This document shows positions 20,407-31,041 of a stretch of DNA of 64,000 bases, piece by piece. The stretch's first letter is position 1; the number at the start of each line of letters is the position of its first letter. The stretch is taken from the NCBI GenBank assembly GCA_039815185.1, contig JBCBZT010000007.1, forward strand, positions 96,001 to 160,000, read 5' to 3'. This DNA comes from Cyanobacteria bacterium P01_A01_bin.123 (GTDB taxonomy: Bacteria; Cyanobacteriota; Cyanobacteriia; Phormidesmidales; Phormidesmidaceae). The notes under the pieces are model-generated. The model searched no databases. It was not told the origin of the DNA and saw only the letters and a program-made list of their open reading frames with translations. A program made the position numbers and the translations under genes.

Positions 20407-21243
20407 ATGGAAGAAAATCCAGCTGATCTGAAACGCGCCCGCGAGGCGCAGGCGTCCCAATCTGAGAACCTATCGGGAATGATCTATCCTGGCAGTCAGG
20501 AAGGAAGTGATGTCTCTTGGCAAGACGATTTCTTCCAAACGCCTCCGGCTGAGGCTAAGCCTAAGGCCTATGGGTCTAAGCCTAAGTCGACTGCTCACCG
20601 CCTTAAAGCAGGGCCGTTGATGATGGTTGAAACTGCTTTTCTTGCCAGTACAGCCAGTTTGATTTGGCTAGTCAATTACTATTTTCCACCGGGGCCCATT
20701 TTAAGGATTTTCTTTCCGGTACCCACGGCTTTGATTTATTTACGCTGGGGTCCCCGTGCTGCATGGATGTCTGCTCTCGTTACGGGTTTACTCCTGGCGA
20801 TTTTAATGGGGCCACCCCGCAGTGTTTTGTTCATCATGCCCTATGGATTCTTAGGGGTACAGCTAGGTTTTATGTGGCGACGGGGAGCCAACTGGTACAG
20901 TGCAATCGCTTTGGGCTCTTTGCTCGGTACTTTGGGGTTCTTCTTCAAAGTTTGGTTACTCTCGCTGATGTTGGGGGAAGATTTGTGGGTCTATCTCACC
21001 ACCCAAATCACCGAGTTTTTGACTTGGCTGTTGAATCGTTTGATCGCCTTTGGGTTGCTTGAACTGGGCAGTGTCGGGCCGCCTAATCTGATCACGATTC
21101 AAGTCTTATCTGTGGGACTGGTTGTTGTCAGCGATGTCGTTTACCTGTTCACGGTTCATTTAGCGGCTTGGTTCTTGTTTGAGCGCTTGGGCACGGTGAT
21201 GTCTGCCCCGCCCAATTGGGTACAAGTGTTATTGGATGATTAG
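20407..21243 (+). CDS. DUF2232-like membrane protein
   Basis: 'MVETAFLAST', 'PVPTALIYLRWG', 'GPPRS'; multiple TM helices. Confidence 0.8.
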   Translation: MEENPADLKRAREAQASQSENLSGMIYPGSQEGSDVSWQDDFFQTPPAEAKPKAYGSKPKSTAHRLKAGPLMMVETAFLASTASLIWLVNYYFPPGPILRIFFPVPTALIYLRWGPRAAWMSALVTGLLLAILMGPPRSVLFIMPYGFLGVQLGFMWRRGANWYSAIALGSLLGTLGFFFKVWLLSLMLGEDLWVYLTTQITEFLTWLLNRLIAFGLLELGSVGPPNLITIQVLSVGLVVVSDVVYLFTVHLAAWFLFERLGTVMSAPPNWVQVLLDD

Positions 21244-21300
21244 TGGTCGGTCAAGTCAGAGCGATCGAAGGACTAACAGGATCTAGTTAAGGGTCAAGGT

Positions 21301-22494
21301 GTGAGGGGCGAGGGAGTCAATCATCAGCTGACAGGAGCAGAGCGACAGCGTGATCAAGCTCGATTTTATGGGGAGTGGATTCAGGTTTACACCCAGGTTA
21401 ATCAGGGGTTGGCATGGTTGGAGCGACATCGAGGCTACTGCCCCACATTTGCCTGTGTGTTGGGGTTTACTGAAACTGGCTTGATTCCTGGCATCTCTGC
21501 GGCTGGGGCAACGCCAGCAGATCGCCGCTATACGGCGATCGCTGATGCTGAGTTTCTCTATAATGGCCCCTGTGCTCAGCCGCGTTATTCCCTGCCGCCC
21601 CTCCAGGCTGGTGCTTCTCCGGTCATGATTAGTCGTGCGGTTTTAGCTAATCAAGATATTCCCCTATGGCTGTTCAATGCAGGCTTGCCTGTGGCCCCTG
21701 CAGTACCTTGCTTAGATCTCGGTGGCAGACCTGCAGCCTGTCTGAGTCGTGGGCAAGCGCTTGCCCCAGCAATGGTTGAGCATCTATTCAATCAGGGATT
21801 GGTATGGGGCAAACGCCTGAGTCAGCGTGATCCCCGTCATTATTTGATTTTGGCTGAATGCGTTGTTGGCGGAACGACCACAGCCCAGGCACTCTTGTCG
21901 GGGTTAGGCATTAATGCCACAGGTAAGATCAATAGTAGTCATCCCATTTGTAACCATGCTCAAAAGCTGGCTGTGGTGCAGCAAGGATTGACCATGGCTA
22001 AAGCACGACTTGGCAACAGTCTCCATCCAGATCCGATGGCTTGGGTGGCAGCGGTGGGTGATCCCATGCAAATCACCGTGGCTGGCATGGCTTTAGCGGC
22101 TAGTCAGCACGGTGGTGTAATGCTGGCAGGGGGCACTCAGATGTTAGCGGTGTTTGCCCTAGCGCGCGCGATCGCGCAGTCCCAGTCTTTACCTTGGCAT
22201 CCCGAAAACATAGTTGTCGGCACAACCAGTTGGGTAGCCGAAGATCGCACAGGCGATACAGTGGGTTTGGCTAGCGCGATCGCGGACGTATCCCTGCTAG
22301 CCTCTCAGCTAAGCTTTACAGAAGCCCGCTTTAGTCAACTTCGTGCCTATGAACAGGGATATGTGAAAGAAGGCGTGGGTGCTGGCGGGTGCGCGATCGC
22401 CGCCCATCTTTACCAAAACTGGGGGCAAACGCTCCTGCTCAAAGCAATTGAGGCATTACTCGAACATTATGCTTACATCGATCAACGAGACTAA
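21301..22494 (+). CDS. cobT: CobT-like nicotinate-nucleotide phosphoribosyltransferase (TIGR00303 type)
   Basis: 'IPGISAAG', 'ECVVGGTTTA', 'GDPMQ', 'LAGGTQM', 'YEQGYVKEGVGAGG'; true start probably later. Confidence 0.85.
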   Translation: MRGEGVNHQLTGAERQRDQARFYGEWIQVYTQVNQGLAWLERHRGYCPTFACVLGFTETGLIPGISAAGATPADRRYTAIADAEFLYNGPCAQPRYSLPPLQAGASPVMISRAVLANQDIPLWLFNAGLPVAPAVPCLDLGGRPAACLSRGQALAPAMVEHLFNQGLVWGKRLSQRDPRHYLILAECVVGGTTTAQALLSGLGINATGKINSSHPICNHAQKLAVVQQGLTMAKARLGNSLHPDPMAWVAAVGDPMQITVAGMALAASQHGGVMLAGGTQMLAVFALARAIAQSQSLPWHPENIVVGTTSWVAEDRTGDTVGLASAIADVSLLASQLSFTEARFSQLRAYEQGYVKEGVGAGGCAIAAHLYQNWGQTLLLKAIEALLEHYAYIDQRD

Positions 22495-22748
22495 ACCATC
22501 TATGGGGTTGAGATTCGAGGGCGATGGGAGCGATCGCGCATTCAATGACCTAAATGAGTTTGGCAGGTGAGCCTTGAAATGAGTGGGGCGTAAGGGTCAG
22601 CCACCTGTGTCCTAGGAGCAAGCAACTGCTTAGACCTAAATCTTGAACAAGATATCCATCTTGAGTTTTAGAGGAAATCCTAGTCAGTAACCCTGGATGG
22701 AACATCCAAAAACTCTAAAAGGTAATGTTCACCCAGAAATGCCTTGAC

Positions 22749-23120
22749 CTAGTAAACGCGAGACGCCAAGAGCTGCTCTTCCAGGGCGGCGATGCGGTTG
22801 TAAGCTGCGGTTAATTGAGCGGTCAAACGCTGAATTTGAATTTCAGGCGCTAGATCGCGTTCAGAGCTCCGTGTTTCTAGCTCTAGGTAAGTATTATCGA
22901 GCAGCACATCTTTGTGATCAACAGTTGCATCAAGACCCCGATGAACGATTGAGCGCTCACCCCGACCGTTACCTGGGGAAGTGGCATTAACCTCATCTAG
23001 CAGGGCACTTTGGGAACTGGCTAATGCTTCTGAGATGCGCAGATTGACCTGATCAATAACCTGGTGTAGCGCATCAACCTTGCCCGTCAAAAGAACAACT
23101 TGTTCTTGCAGGGAATCCAT
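22749..23120 (-). CDS. conserved cyanobacterial coiled-coil hypothetical protein
   Basis: 'HKDVL', 'PEIQIQRLTAQLTAAYNRIAALEEQLLA'. Confidence 0.8.
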   Translation of the reverse strand: MDSLQEQVVLLTGKVDALHQVIDQVNLRISEALASSQSALLDEVNATSPGNGRGERSIVHRGLDATVDHKDVLLDNTYLELETRSSERDLAPEIQIQRLTAQLTAAYNRIAALEEQLLASRVY

Positions 23121-23664
23121 AAAATTACACTCAAACGATTAGTTCACTATTTATCCTAGAAACTTTGTTGCAAAATACCGAGTTATCCCTAAATCATTTA
23201 ACCTTTGTTGACGCTTGTCGGAACAAAGTTTACAACTGCTCTCATAAAAGCTGATTGATGTCTTATCAGGGCACTATTTTCTAAGGATTTAGGCGTGTTC
23301 AAAACGGTGGATTGTGCCGGAGTGATTCAATGAATCAGGGTCATTTTAGATTGACATCAACAATCTTACGAAAAGATAAAAACTCGTTCTGAATTGAGAA
23401 TAAATACTCAGCATTAGCCTAAAAAGTACTTTATTCCCTTAGAAAGGCTGTGTTTCAACCGTTGGAACCATGATTAAACCTTGGCTTTGCTCAGATCTAC
23501 AGTTTCCCTTGTAGGCACGCAAGGCTTTGTACGATGAGTCAAGTCTTTAAATCGACTGTGATTCACCCCATTAAAGCTATGGGGATCTTAAGCTTGTGAT
23601 CATGACTGATCTGAATTCAGCGAAAATACAGAATATCTAGCGTTACGCTGTATTTGAAAAATAA

Positions 23665-23740
23665 CGTTAACCCTCGACCAAATCTAGATCTATAGTTTTC
23701 ACGAAGCTAAAACTACAGCTTTCAATCGGATGTGGTTTAG
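23665..23740 (-). repeat. dispersed ~75-bp repeat, copy 2
   Basis: Reverse complement CTAAACCACATCCGATTGAAAGCTGTAGTTTTAGCTTCGTGAAAACTATAGATCT. Confidence 0.75.
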
Positions 23741-23908
23741 TGCTGTTGTCCTTTTAGATTCATAACTGATGTCAAACTAGGAATTGAGGTTTGAGCATGG
23801 CAGAACCGGTAAGCTTCACTCAATCCCAGACAGGGACATGATCCCGAAACAATTGCTTTAGGAAAATCATGTCAACAGTTCCTTGAATTGACCTTAAAAT
23901 GAAACGCT

Positions 23909-25219
23909 ATGGATCGAAGAAAGTTTTTAGGAACAGCTGCCGCCCTCGCCGTCTGTCAAGGACTATCTGCCTGTGGTGGGGCCGCTGCTGATGGCGTTGT
24001 CAGAATTTCGCTCTTAGATCACACGATTCCGGATCAGCTGATTCGGGCTTTCCGGCAGCAATATGAGGGCAATTTGCCGCTGAAATTTGAGGTGGCTGAC
24101 CAATTAGCGAACCTTTACGAGCAACTGCTGCTGGTACGCTCTCCTGCCCCCCCCTTGGATTGGCTTAATCGGCGGCGAAGGTTTTCAATGCGATTTTGGC
24201 GCAGGCAGTCTAAACCCGCTGACCTGGTTAGCCTAAACGACTATTGGCTGGCAGCTGCCATTCGTCAGAAACTGATCCTCCCCTTGGATACTGACTCACT
24301 CGACCGCTGGTCAAACCTTGCGCCCCGGTGGCAAGCTTTAGTGCGTCGTGATGCTTCGGGAATGCCAGCGGCAGATGAACCTGTCTGGGGGGCCCCCTAT
24401 CGCTGGGGCAGCCTGATGATGGTTTATCGCGATCGCCCTTTCCAAAGCTTCGCTTGGACGCCGACGGACTGGGGAGATCTTTGGGCATCAGAGCTGGCAG
24501 GGCAGATTTCGTTGCCAGCTAATCCGCGTCTTGTTTTAGGTCTTGTGCTGAAAAAACTGGGTAAGTCAGCGAATTCTAGGAATCTTGACGCTCAGTGGCC
24601 TGAGATCGAAGCTGAGATGAAGCAGCTGCACCGGCAAGTCAAGTTTTATAGTTCAGACAATTATCTCCAGGCGCTGGTGACTAAAAGCACAACCCTGGCT
24701 GTGGGATGGTCAACAGACATCTTACCGGCGCTAAAACGTAATCGTGACCTCAGAATTGCGATTCCGAACTCTGGAACGCTCTTGTCAGCAGACGTTTGGG
24801 TTAAGTCCAGACCCCAAAGCCAATTTAGCCTGCCAAATGAGCTTGGATCGGGCCTCAACTCACCGCGTAATTTCCGCAAACCGCTCCTAAAACCTTGGAC
24901 CAATTTTCTTGAAGAAATTGAGAGTGCACCGCTAGAGACGGCACTACCGACACCGCAGGTCCTCGAATATCCTTTGGCTAACTGGATTGATTTTTTTTGG
25001 GATGCTCAGGCGGCAACACAGCTTTCAGTGAGTAATCAAGGTTCTTCGCCACTCTATACCAGCCGAGACGCCCCAGAGCTACCTGAACCGCTTCGAGATA
25101 ATCTAGCGTTATTACCCACGACAGAGATTTACAAGCGCAGCGAATTTCTATACCCGTTAGACTACGCTGATCAAAAACGCTATCGTGACCTGTTAAATTT
25201 GCTGCATGATGCTGACTAA
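23909..25219 (+). CDS. extracellular solute-binding protein (PotD/polyamine-like), Tat lipoprotein
   Basis: 'MDRRKFL', 'LSAC', 'PYRWG', 'W.DLW..EL.G.I', 'AVGWS.D'. Confidence 0.8.
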   Translation: MDRRKFLGTAAALAVCQGLSACGGAAADGVVRISLLDHTIPDQLIRAFRQQYEGNLPLKFEVADQLANLYEQLLLVRSPAPPLDWLNRRRRFSMRFWRRQSKPADLVSLNDYWLAAAIRQKLILPLDTDSLDRWSNLAPRWQALVRRDASGMPAADEPVWGAPYRWGSLMMVYRDRPFQSFAWTPTDWGDLWASELAGQISLPANPRLVLGLVLKKLGKSANSRNLDAQWPEIEAEMKQLHRQVKFYSSDNYLQALVTKSTTLAVGWSTDILPALKRNRDLRIAIPNSGTLLSADVWVKSRPQSQFSLPNELGSGLNSPRNFRKPLLKPWTNFLEEIESAPLETALPTPQVLEYPLANWIDFFWDAQAATQLSVSNQGSSPLYTSRDAPELPEPLRDNLALLPTTEIYKRSEFLYPLDYADQKRYRDLLNLLHDAD

Positions 25220-25241
25220 GACTACGATGCTGGTGGTTTGC

Positions 25242-26174
25242 CTAAGGATCGCTCAGGGGTGTAGACCCACTAATAGCCCCCCGACCTTGAGCTGAAAGCA
25301 GGAGTAGGCAAGGAATTTCTAAATTTTCTGCCCGGGGTAAATCGCGACTGCTAGATACCCCCAACGGGGTAGTAGATCCCGAATTAAAATCACAAACATA
25401 GAGACTGACTGGTTGATCACCAGAAAAAACCCGCAGGTTGTAGCTAAACTCCTGGGTTGAGGTGCCAAATTGTTGAACTAGGGTATATCGCTCTAGATAA
25501 GTGAGCTGATTCCAGATACGGCTGTTGATCACTAAGTCCACCCGTCGAGGATGTTGGGGGTTACCCCGATAGGCGATCCAGGTGTCGATGACGGGCGGTA
25601 GGGGGGGTAAGGGGGCCGTTTCATCGGCATCGGCATTATCTTGGTCGGTGTTAACAGTCCGGGTTGGGGCAGTTTCGCGATCGCCGTCGAACCGCTCAAT
25701 TAAGGCTTGATGAATCCACCACAGGCTGGGTAGGGTAAAGGTCGTGGTGGACGTAGTTCTATCGGTAACCACTAATTCTTGTTGAATCAGGTTCTCAATC
25801 TTCTCTCGATCTGTCTCTAGGGGGGGGCGCACTTGACTATCGGGCTGGTCAAAGCTGCCCGCATGATTAATCAATGCTCTCAGCTCGTCTCGAAACTGGG
25901 CTGGCTGTTGCTGAATGAACTGTTCACGGCGGTTTGGGGCAAATGATGATGAAGGGGGATCCGATTGAGCCATCACGTCAGTCACAAAGACACCAATGGT
26001 CACCCCAAAAGTCCCAAACCCAAGGATGCTAAGCCATCGACCCCAACTGCGATGGACCCCAAGATTAGATCCAATTCCTCTAGGCCGGTTAAGCCCATGA
26101 TCAACGCACTGCAAATGTTGCTGCCGAGAGAGCAACCGGGGCAAATTAGGGGGTAGAGTCGGCAAGATTCCCAT
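25242..26174 (-). CDS. conserved cyanobacterial hypothetical protein
   Basis: One TM; 'PSLWW', 'RVDLVIN..W..L.YLERY..V..FG......YNLRVF'. Confidence 0.65.
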   Translation of the reverse strand: MGILPTLPPNLPRLLSRQQHLQCVDHGLNRPRGIGSNLGVHRSWGRWLSILGFGTFGVTIGVFVTDVMAQSDPPSSSFAPNRREQFIQQQPAQFRDELRALINHAGSFDQPDSQVRPPLETDREKIENLIQQELVVTDRTTSTTTFTLPSLWWIHQALIERFDGDRETAPTRTVNTDQDNADADETAPLPPLPPVIDTWIAYRGNPQHPRRVDLVINSRIWNQLTYLERYTLVQQFGTSTQEFSYNLRVFSGDQPVSLYVCDFNSGSTTPLGVSSSRDLPRAENLEIPCLLLLSAQGRGAISGSTPLSDP

Positions 26175-26184
26175 AGCATGCCTC

Positions 26185-28944
26185 CTATGATTCTGTGAGG
26201 ATAAGGCGGTGACGGTGGGTCTGAATCAGCTGAATGGGGCGTTGAGCGATTTGTTCCATCATGATGGCAAACTGCTCTGGCCGCAGCAGCGTTCCGTCAT
26301 TGCGACAACTGCCTACATATCGGAAGGTGGCTTGATGGGCACCAGACGCCGGATTGGTCGGCAGAGTCGCTGGGGGTGAGGCAGGATTAAGCTCAAGCTC
26401 AAACAAGCGATCGCGGAGGTTGACCTGTCGCTGTTTCCCAGACTTTGAAGTTTGGGTCATCCAGAGTTCCTGACAGTCCCAAAGTTGATGGTGCCAAGTG
26501 GCCCAGTCCTGGTTAGTAACGTTGTCATCAATAGCGTATTCACTAGTCGGTGTTAGGGCAGTTTCGGAACTTGTCGTTGTTTCACCCCCACCCTCTTCTA
26601 AGTCAATACAATCTGGAGCAGACCCGTCTTGTCTCGGTATGAGTTGCAGCGTTACATAATATTCAGCTTGATCAAGTGATTTGGTTGCCGAGGGGTCACT
26701 CAGGGGCACCTCTATGACTTGGTAGATCGGCATATCTAGAGGCAACTGCGCCTGAAGCTGCTGCTGAAACTGTTCAGGGCCAATCCATTGGGTCAATTCA
26801 AAATCGACAATTTCACCAGTACTGGTTGCCCCTAAAGCCAGGGCATTCGCCGGAGAAATCCGTGGCCCTGGATGATAGCCCCCGGTAAAGGCAATGGGCA
26901 ATCCGGCACGACGCACGGCACGATCAAACAAGCGAACCAGATCTAAGTGGCTGACTAGGGCCATTTCTCCCAGCTTGCCCAAGGTGACACGTAGGCGCTG
27001 AACCCGCTCGGTATTGGGTTTAAAGTGGCCTTCAAACTGGGGAATGGGTAGCGGTGGCACCACCACATTGTGACCAAAATCAGTGCCGCAAACGCCACAG
27101 TGAGAGCATCCTTCAAAGGAACAATCGGGTACTGTCGCAGCAGCGAGTGCCCGTTCTAGGTCGGCTTGCAGCCATCCTTTATCGATCCCGGTGTCGAGAT
27201 GATCCCAAGGTAAAGGGGCGGCTAGATCTAAACTGCGATCGCGAGTCGTTTCCATCACATTCCATTCGCCGCTTTCCACCTGGCGGTACTTCCAGGTCAG
27301 TCCAGCGTCTTCAATGGCTTGGGTCCAAGCTGCAAAAGCTCGATCTAGACTTTCCCACCAGGCATCCATCCCGGCCCCCAGTTCCCAAGCGCGGCGAACA
27401 ACTGCTGATAAGCGCCGATCCCCCCGTCCGACAAAATCTTCCATAGCGGAGATCCGCACGTCAGTAAAATTGACCTTGATGCCGCGCAGGGTGCGAAATT
27501 CTTCCCGCAGTAGCGTCTGCTTGCGTTCAAATTCGGTGGTTGATACTGAATGCCACTGGAACGGGGTATGGGGTTTGGGCGTGAAGTTGGAGATCGTAAT
27601 ATTAAAGCCTAGGGGACGGCGACCGTTCAGGCGACAGGCTTGCCGTAGCCAGCGCACTGTTTCAACGATGCCGATCACATCTGCATCCGTTTCTCCCGGT
27701 AGACCGATCATGAAATAAAGCTTGACCTTGTCCCAACCCTGTTCGTGGGCTGTTTTCACCCCACGCAGTAGTTCTTCATTAGTCAACCCTTTATTAATGA
27801 TGTCCCGCATCCGCTGGGTGCCGGCTTCTGGGGCGAAGGTTAACCCTGTCTGTCGTGTACCCCCGATGATGTGGGCAATGTTTTCATCGAAGCGATCGAC
27901 CCGTTGACTCGGTAGGGAAAGGGAAATATTCTCGTCTTTCAAGCGATTTTTGACTTCAACGCCCACTGCTGGTAAAGCTAAATAATCAGAACAGCTTAAC
28001 GACAGCAGGGAAAATTCGTTGTAGCCTGTCGCTCTCATGCCCCGTTCAATGGTGTCTACGACCTCATCAGGGTCAACATCTCGGGCGGGGCGGGTGAGCA
28101 TGCCGGGTTGGCAAAAGCGGCAGCCCCGGGTGCAGCCCCGGCGAATTTCAATGGTGAGTCGATCGTGTACGGTTTGTATATAAGGCACAAGGCCAATCGC
28201 GTAATCCGGCATCGGCGTCGCGACCCGACGCAAGATTCTCTGGGGCACATCCGGTCGATTAGGATGGACTGAACCATCCTCAGCCATGTCGTAAAACTGA
28301 GGGACGTAAACCCCAGGAATTTGCGCTAAATCTAGCAATACCTCAGTCCGGTTCAGCCCTTGGGCTTTGCCTTCTTGGAGGACAAGGCCAATTTCTGGCA
28401 GCAATTCTTCTCCATCGCCCAGGGCAATGAAATCAAAAAAGTCAGCGTAGGGTTCTGGATTTGAGGTGGCCGTTTGACCCCCGGCAAAGATTAAGGGCCA
28501 ACTGTCTTGCTCGACATGCCAGGGCTGCTCGGGCTGTAAGCGATCTTTCCAGGTTAGGGGAATCCCAGCCAGATCGAGCATTTCTAAGATATTGGTTGCC
28601 CCCAATTCATAGCTGAGGCTAAAGCCCAAAATATCGAAGTCTGTTACGGCACGACGAGATTCTACGGCAAACAGAGATGTTTTACTCTGGCGTAGCTTTT
28701 GGGCCAGATCCAGGGCGGGTAAATAGGCGCGATCGCAGAGTTGATGAGGCTGAGCATTCAAAATGCTGTAGAGGATGATATGCCCTAAATTCGAAGCCCC
28801 GACTTCATAAATCTCTGGGTAAGTCAGTACCCAGCGCACCTCGGCCTCATGCCAGGGTTTATGAATAGCACCCAACTCATTGCCCAAATATCGAGCAGGT
28901 TTGGCAATATCAGGGGTGAGAAAATTTTCAACTGCGATCGCCAC
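26185..28944 (-). CDS. B12-binding radical SAM protein (TIGR03960-like) fused to a TIGR03936/DUF2344-like domain
   Basis: 'KPARYLGNE', 'RGCTRGCRFC', C-terminal 'SHLDL.R.F.RA.RRAGLP..F..G.HP.P'. Confidence 0.9.
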   Translation of the reverse strand: MAIAVENFLTPDIAKPARYLGNELGAIHKPWHEAEVRWVLTYPEIYEVGASNLGHIILYSILNAQPHQLCDRAYLPALDLAQKLRQSKTSLFAVESRRAVTDFDILGFSLSYELGATNILEMLDLAGIPLTWKDRLQPEQPWHVEQDSWPLIFAGGQTATSNPEPYADFFDFIALGDGEELLPEIGLVLQEGKAQGLNRTEVLLDLAQIPGVYVPQFYDMAEDGSVHPNRPDVPQRILRRVATPMPDYAIGLVPYIQTVHDRLTIEIRRGCTRGCRFCQPGMLTRPARDVDPDEVVDTIERGMRATGYNEFSLLSLSCSDYLALPAVGVEVKNRLKDENISLSLPSQRVDRFDENIAHIIGGTRQTGLTFAPEAGTQRMRDIINKGLTNEELLRGVKTAHEQGWDKVKLYFMIGLPGETDADVIGIVETVRWLRQACRLNGRRPLGFNITISNFTPKPHTPFQWHSVSTTEFERKQTLLREEFRTLRGIKVNFTDVRISAMEDFVGRGDRRLSAVVRRAWELGAGMDAWWESLDRAFAAWTQAIEDAGLTWKYRQVESGEWNVMETTRDRSLDLAAPLPWDHLDTGIDKGWLQADLERALAAATVPDCSFEGCSHCGVCGTDFGHNVVVPPLPIPQFEGHFKPNTERVQRLRVTLGKLGEMALVSHLDLVRLFDRAVRRAGLPIAFTGGYHPGPRISPANALALGATSTGEIVDFELTQWIGPEQFQQQLQAQLPLDMPIYQVIEVPLSDPSATKSLDQAEYYVTLQLIPRQDGSAPDCIDLEEGGGETTTSSETALTPTSEYAIDDNVTNQDWATWHHQLWDCQELWMTQTSKSGKQRQVNLRDRLFELELNPASPPATLPTNPASGAHQATFRYVGSCRNDGTLLRPEQFAIMMEQIAQRPIQLIQTHRHRLILTES

Positions 28945-29132
28945 GGTTATCTGTCAACACTAGACTAGTTTACCCTCACAACTATAGCGCCATCCCCAAG
29001 TCCCCTATTCAGTTCCCTTAGAGATGGCGCAGGAGTTTATCGCTTAAGTTCGGCTGCGAGCCAGATTGCCTGTGGATTAAGCACTCCAGTGATACTCAGT
29101 GCATTAAGCAATCTCGCTAGCGCTACCAATGC

Positions 29133-29170
29133 AAAAGTCGTCGGACCTAAGAGATCCGGCGACTCAGAAA
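29133..29170 (-). terminator. probable terminator of the STAS gene
   Basis: Imperfect stem GTCGCCGGAT/GTCCGACGAC followed by TTTT on the minus strand. Confidence 0.55.
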
Positions 29171-29180
29171 ATTCGATGAA

Positions 29181-29225
29181 CCTACGTAGTCGTAATCTAC
29201 ATAGTCATAATCTACGCAGCTATGG
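29181..29225. repeat. three degenerate 15-bp tandem repeats
   Basis: cctacgtagtcgtaa / tctacatagtcataa / tctacgcagctatgg. Confidence 0.6.
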
Positions 29226-29315
29226 TTTATCTAGAAAACCCTGAAATGCCTGCACCGCAACCAATCTTGGGCTACCTGATGCCCACACTTGTGGGGCAAG
29301 CAGCAAACTGCCAAC

Positions 29316-29648
29316 TTATGCAGCCTGAGGGACAGCTTGACCAGACATGTCCACAATCTCAAATGCGCGATCGAGTTGAGTAAGTTCCAACACAATCCGA
29401 ATAGAAGGTGGTATGCACCGTAAGCTAAACCCTTTGCTGGATGCTTGAGCAGCCTTGAGTGCAGTTACCATGGAAGCCAGCGTGGCGCTATCGACCAGCT
29501 CAACTTGTTCCAGATCTACCACCAAGCCTTCAACTTGTTCAGACTTAAGTGCAGAGACCATTTGGGTCTGGAAATCCTTGGCATTTGATGCATTCAAAAC
29601 GCCAGAGGGTTTGATCACAACTACGGTAGAACAATAACCCTTACTCAC
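29316..29648 (-). CDS. STAS-domain anti-sigma factor antagonist
   Basis: 'VVDLEQVELVDSA', 'IVLELTQLDRAFEI'. Confidence 0.88.
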   Translation of the reverse strand: MSKGYCSTVVVIKPSGVLNASNAKDFQTQMVSALKSEQVEGLVVDLEQVELVDSATLASMVTALKAAQASSKGFSLRCIPPSIRIVLELTQLDRAFEIVDMSGQAVPQAA

Positions 29649-29855
29649 TTTTCACACTCCTTAGTTACAAAAGCGACGATTAGTCCCAATGGTTAATCCA
29701 CTCGACGGTGCCCCGTTGATGAACCCAAATTAAACTTGAGCGCTTGGGATGCCCATCAAAATCACCCTGCTTTGCAGAATCTTAATCAAGCTTCTCCGTA
29801 CATAAAGTTTCAGGTAAGTGTTTCTACTTAAAAGTGTTTGTTTATACAAACTAGG

Positions 29856-29871
29856 CGTGACTTGAATCACA
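29856..29871. promoter_or_regulatory. CRP-type box
   Basis: CGTGA-CTTGAA-TCACA, one mismatch to TGTGA-N6-TCACA, in a divergent intergenic region. Confidence 0.65.
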
Positions 29872-29990
29872 CTCGACAAGCGGCTGAGATCACAGTCTAC
29901 CTAAGAAGTAGATCACTGGAAATCCAATCATTTTTATGGATTATAGTGTTACCCGAAACATACCCTTAGAAAAGCCGAGGAGATCTCGCA

Positions 29991-30185
29991 ATGCCCTCAC
30001 ACTTCTCGATTCGTACCCTCGTTGAGAAGGCGATTCATATTCGCCAACTGACACCCGACATCGAAAACGAGATCAACTATGTGCTGACCTATTTGGGATA
30101 TGTTTCTGATGCCGATTACGAGGCTTTAGAGCTGCTTATGTCTGAGATGGACGCGGGCCGCATCAGACTTGTTCCAAGCCATTAA
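29991..30185 (+). CDS. small cyanobacterial helical protein (64 aa)
   Basis: GAGGAG RBS; pattern shared with 50558-50776. Confidence 0.75.
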   Translation: MPSHFSIRTLVEKAIHIRQLTPDIENEINYVLTYLGYVSDADYEALELLMSEMDAGRIRLVPSH

Positions 30186-30615
30186 GCATTAGATTTACGA
30201 TTCTTGAGGCGATAATTCGAGTCAGGCTAATGCCAATATCTTGAGAGCTAGGGCTGAACGGGGAGTTAGAGGGTATGTTGATCTCCCTTGTTTGAGGTTT
30301 GTGTTATTAAGTGAGAAATCTGTTAATGCATAACAGATTTTTGTCGATTTGGATTTCACAGTTATCGGTGTTGCTGTGTTGGCTCATAGCTACTAACTGA
30401 GCTGAACTCCAGCAGGAATATAGGATATTGCAGCACTGCATAAGCTGGAGATTCCTGTGTGTTCATGGCAGGTTTACAGCGCGATGCTTTAGCCTACGTG
30501 AACAAATGCCTACGTGTTTTCACGGATGCTGGTGTTAACCAAGTGTTTGACATCAGCTGCCATTAACCGAGCAAATTTAGCAGCAGGATAGCAAGACTGT
30601 CGGTGGCTGGATTGC

Positions 30616-31041
30616 CTATGATGCTGATGGATGGCTAAAGTGTTCTGGATAAGCTGCCCATAGCTGATGTACAAATCGCTGCATGTGTTGAATGCCAGCG
30701 CTTTGGCTAATACTGGCGTCTTTTCTTTGCAAGTTTGACAGGAGTTGAAAGACCTCGATGTCTAGTGCGGGTTGAAACAGGCAAAGGGGCCAGATAATAT
30801 CTGGACTGTCTTTGAGATTGTAAAGTTCTTCTAAAGCTAATGTTGAAATATCGGCCCAATTCCCTGTCAGCGCTTCGCTTGACACAACCAACATCAGCGG
30901 TCTAGCCCAGCACAATTGTCTGGTGTGCACGATATCGATCACTTCTGCGTAGAGCCGGGTGGTGCCATGTTCTAAGTAGACGATTTGGTGGGGCGTAATC
31001 ATTGGCTTAGGGGAGGAGGAAATGGGGCTTACGCAGAGCAA
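30616..31041 (-). CDS. conserved cyanobacterial hypothetical protein
   Basis: 'QIVYLEH...RLYAEVI.IV..RQLCWARPL', 'D..WP..LF.PALD.EV'; start may be the ATG of MITPH. Confidence 0.7.
   Translation of the reverse strand: MLCVSPISSSPKPMITPHQIVYLEHGTTRLYAEVIDIVHTRQLCWARPLMLVVSSEALTGNWADISTLALEELYNLKDSPDIIWPLCLFQPALDIEVFQLLSNLQRKDASISQSAGIQHMQRFVHQLWAAYPEHFSHPSAS

Noticed and set aside
28950..29040. Cobalamin riboswitch upstream of the B12 radical SAM gene
   Set aside because: Only AAGGGAA and a simple stem; B12-box and GCCCCCGC/ACTGT elements are absent
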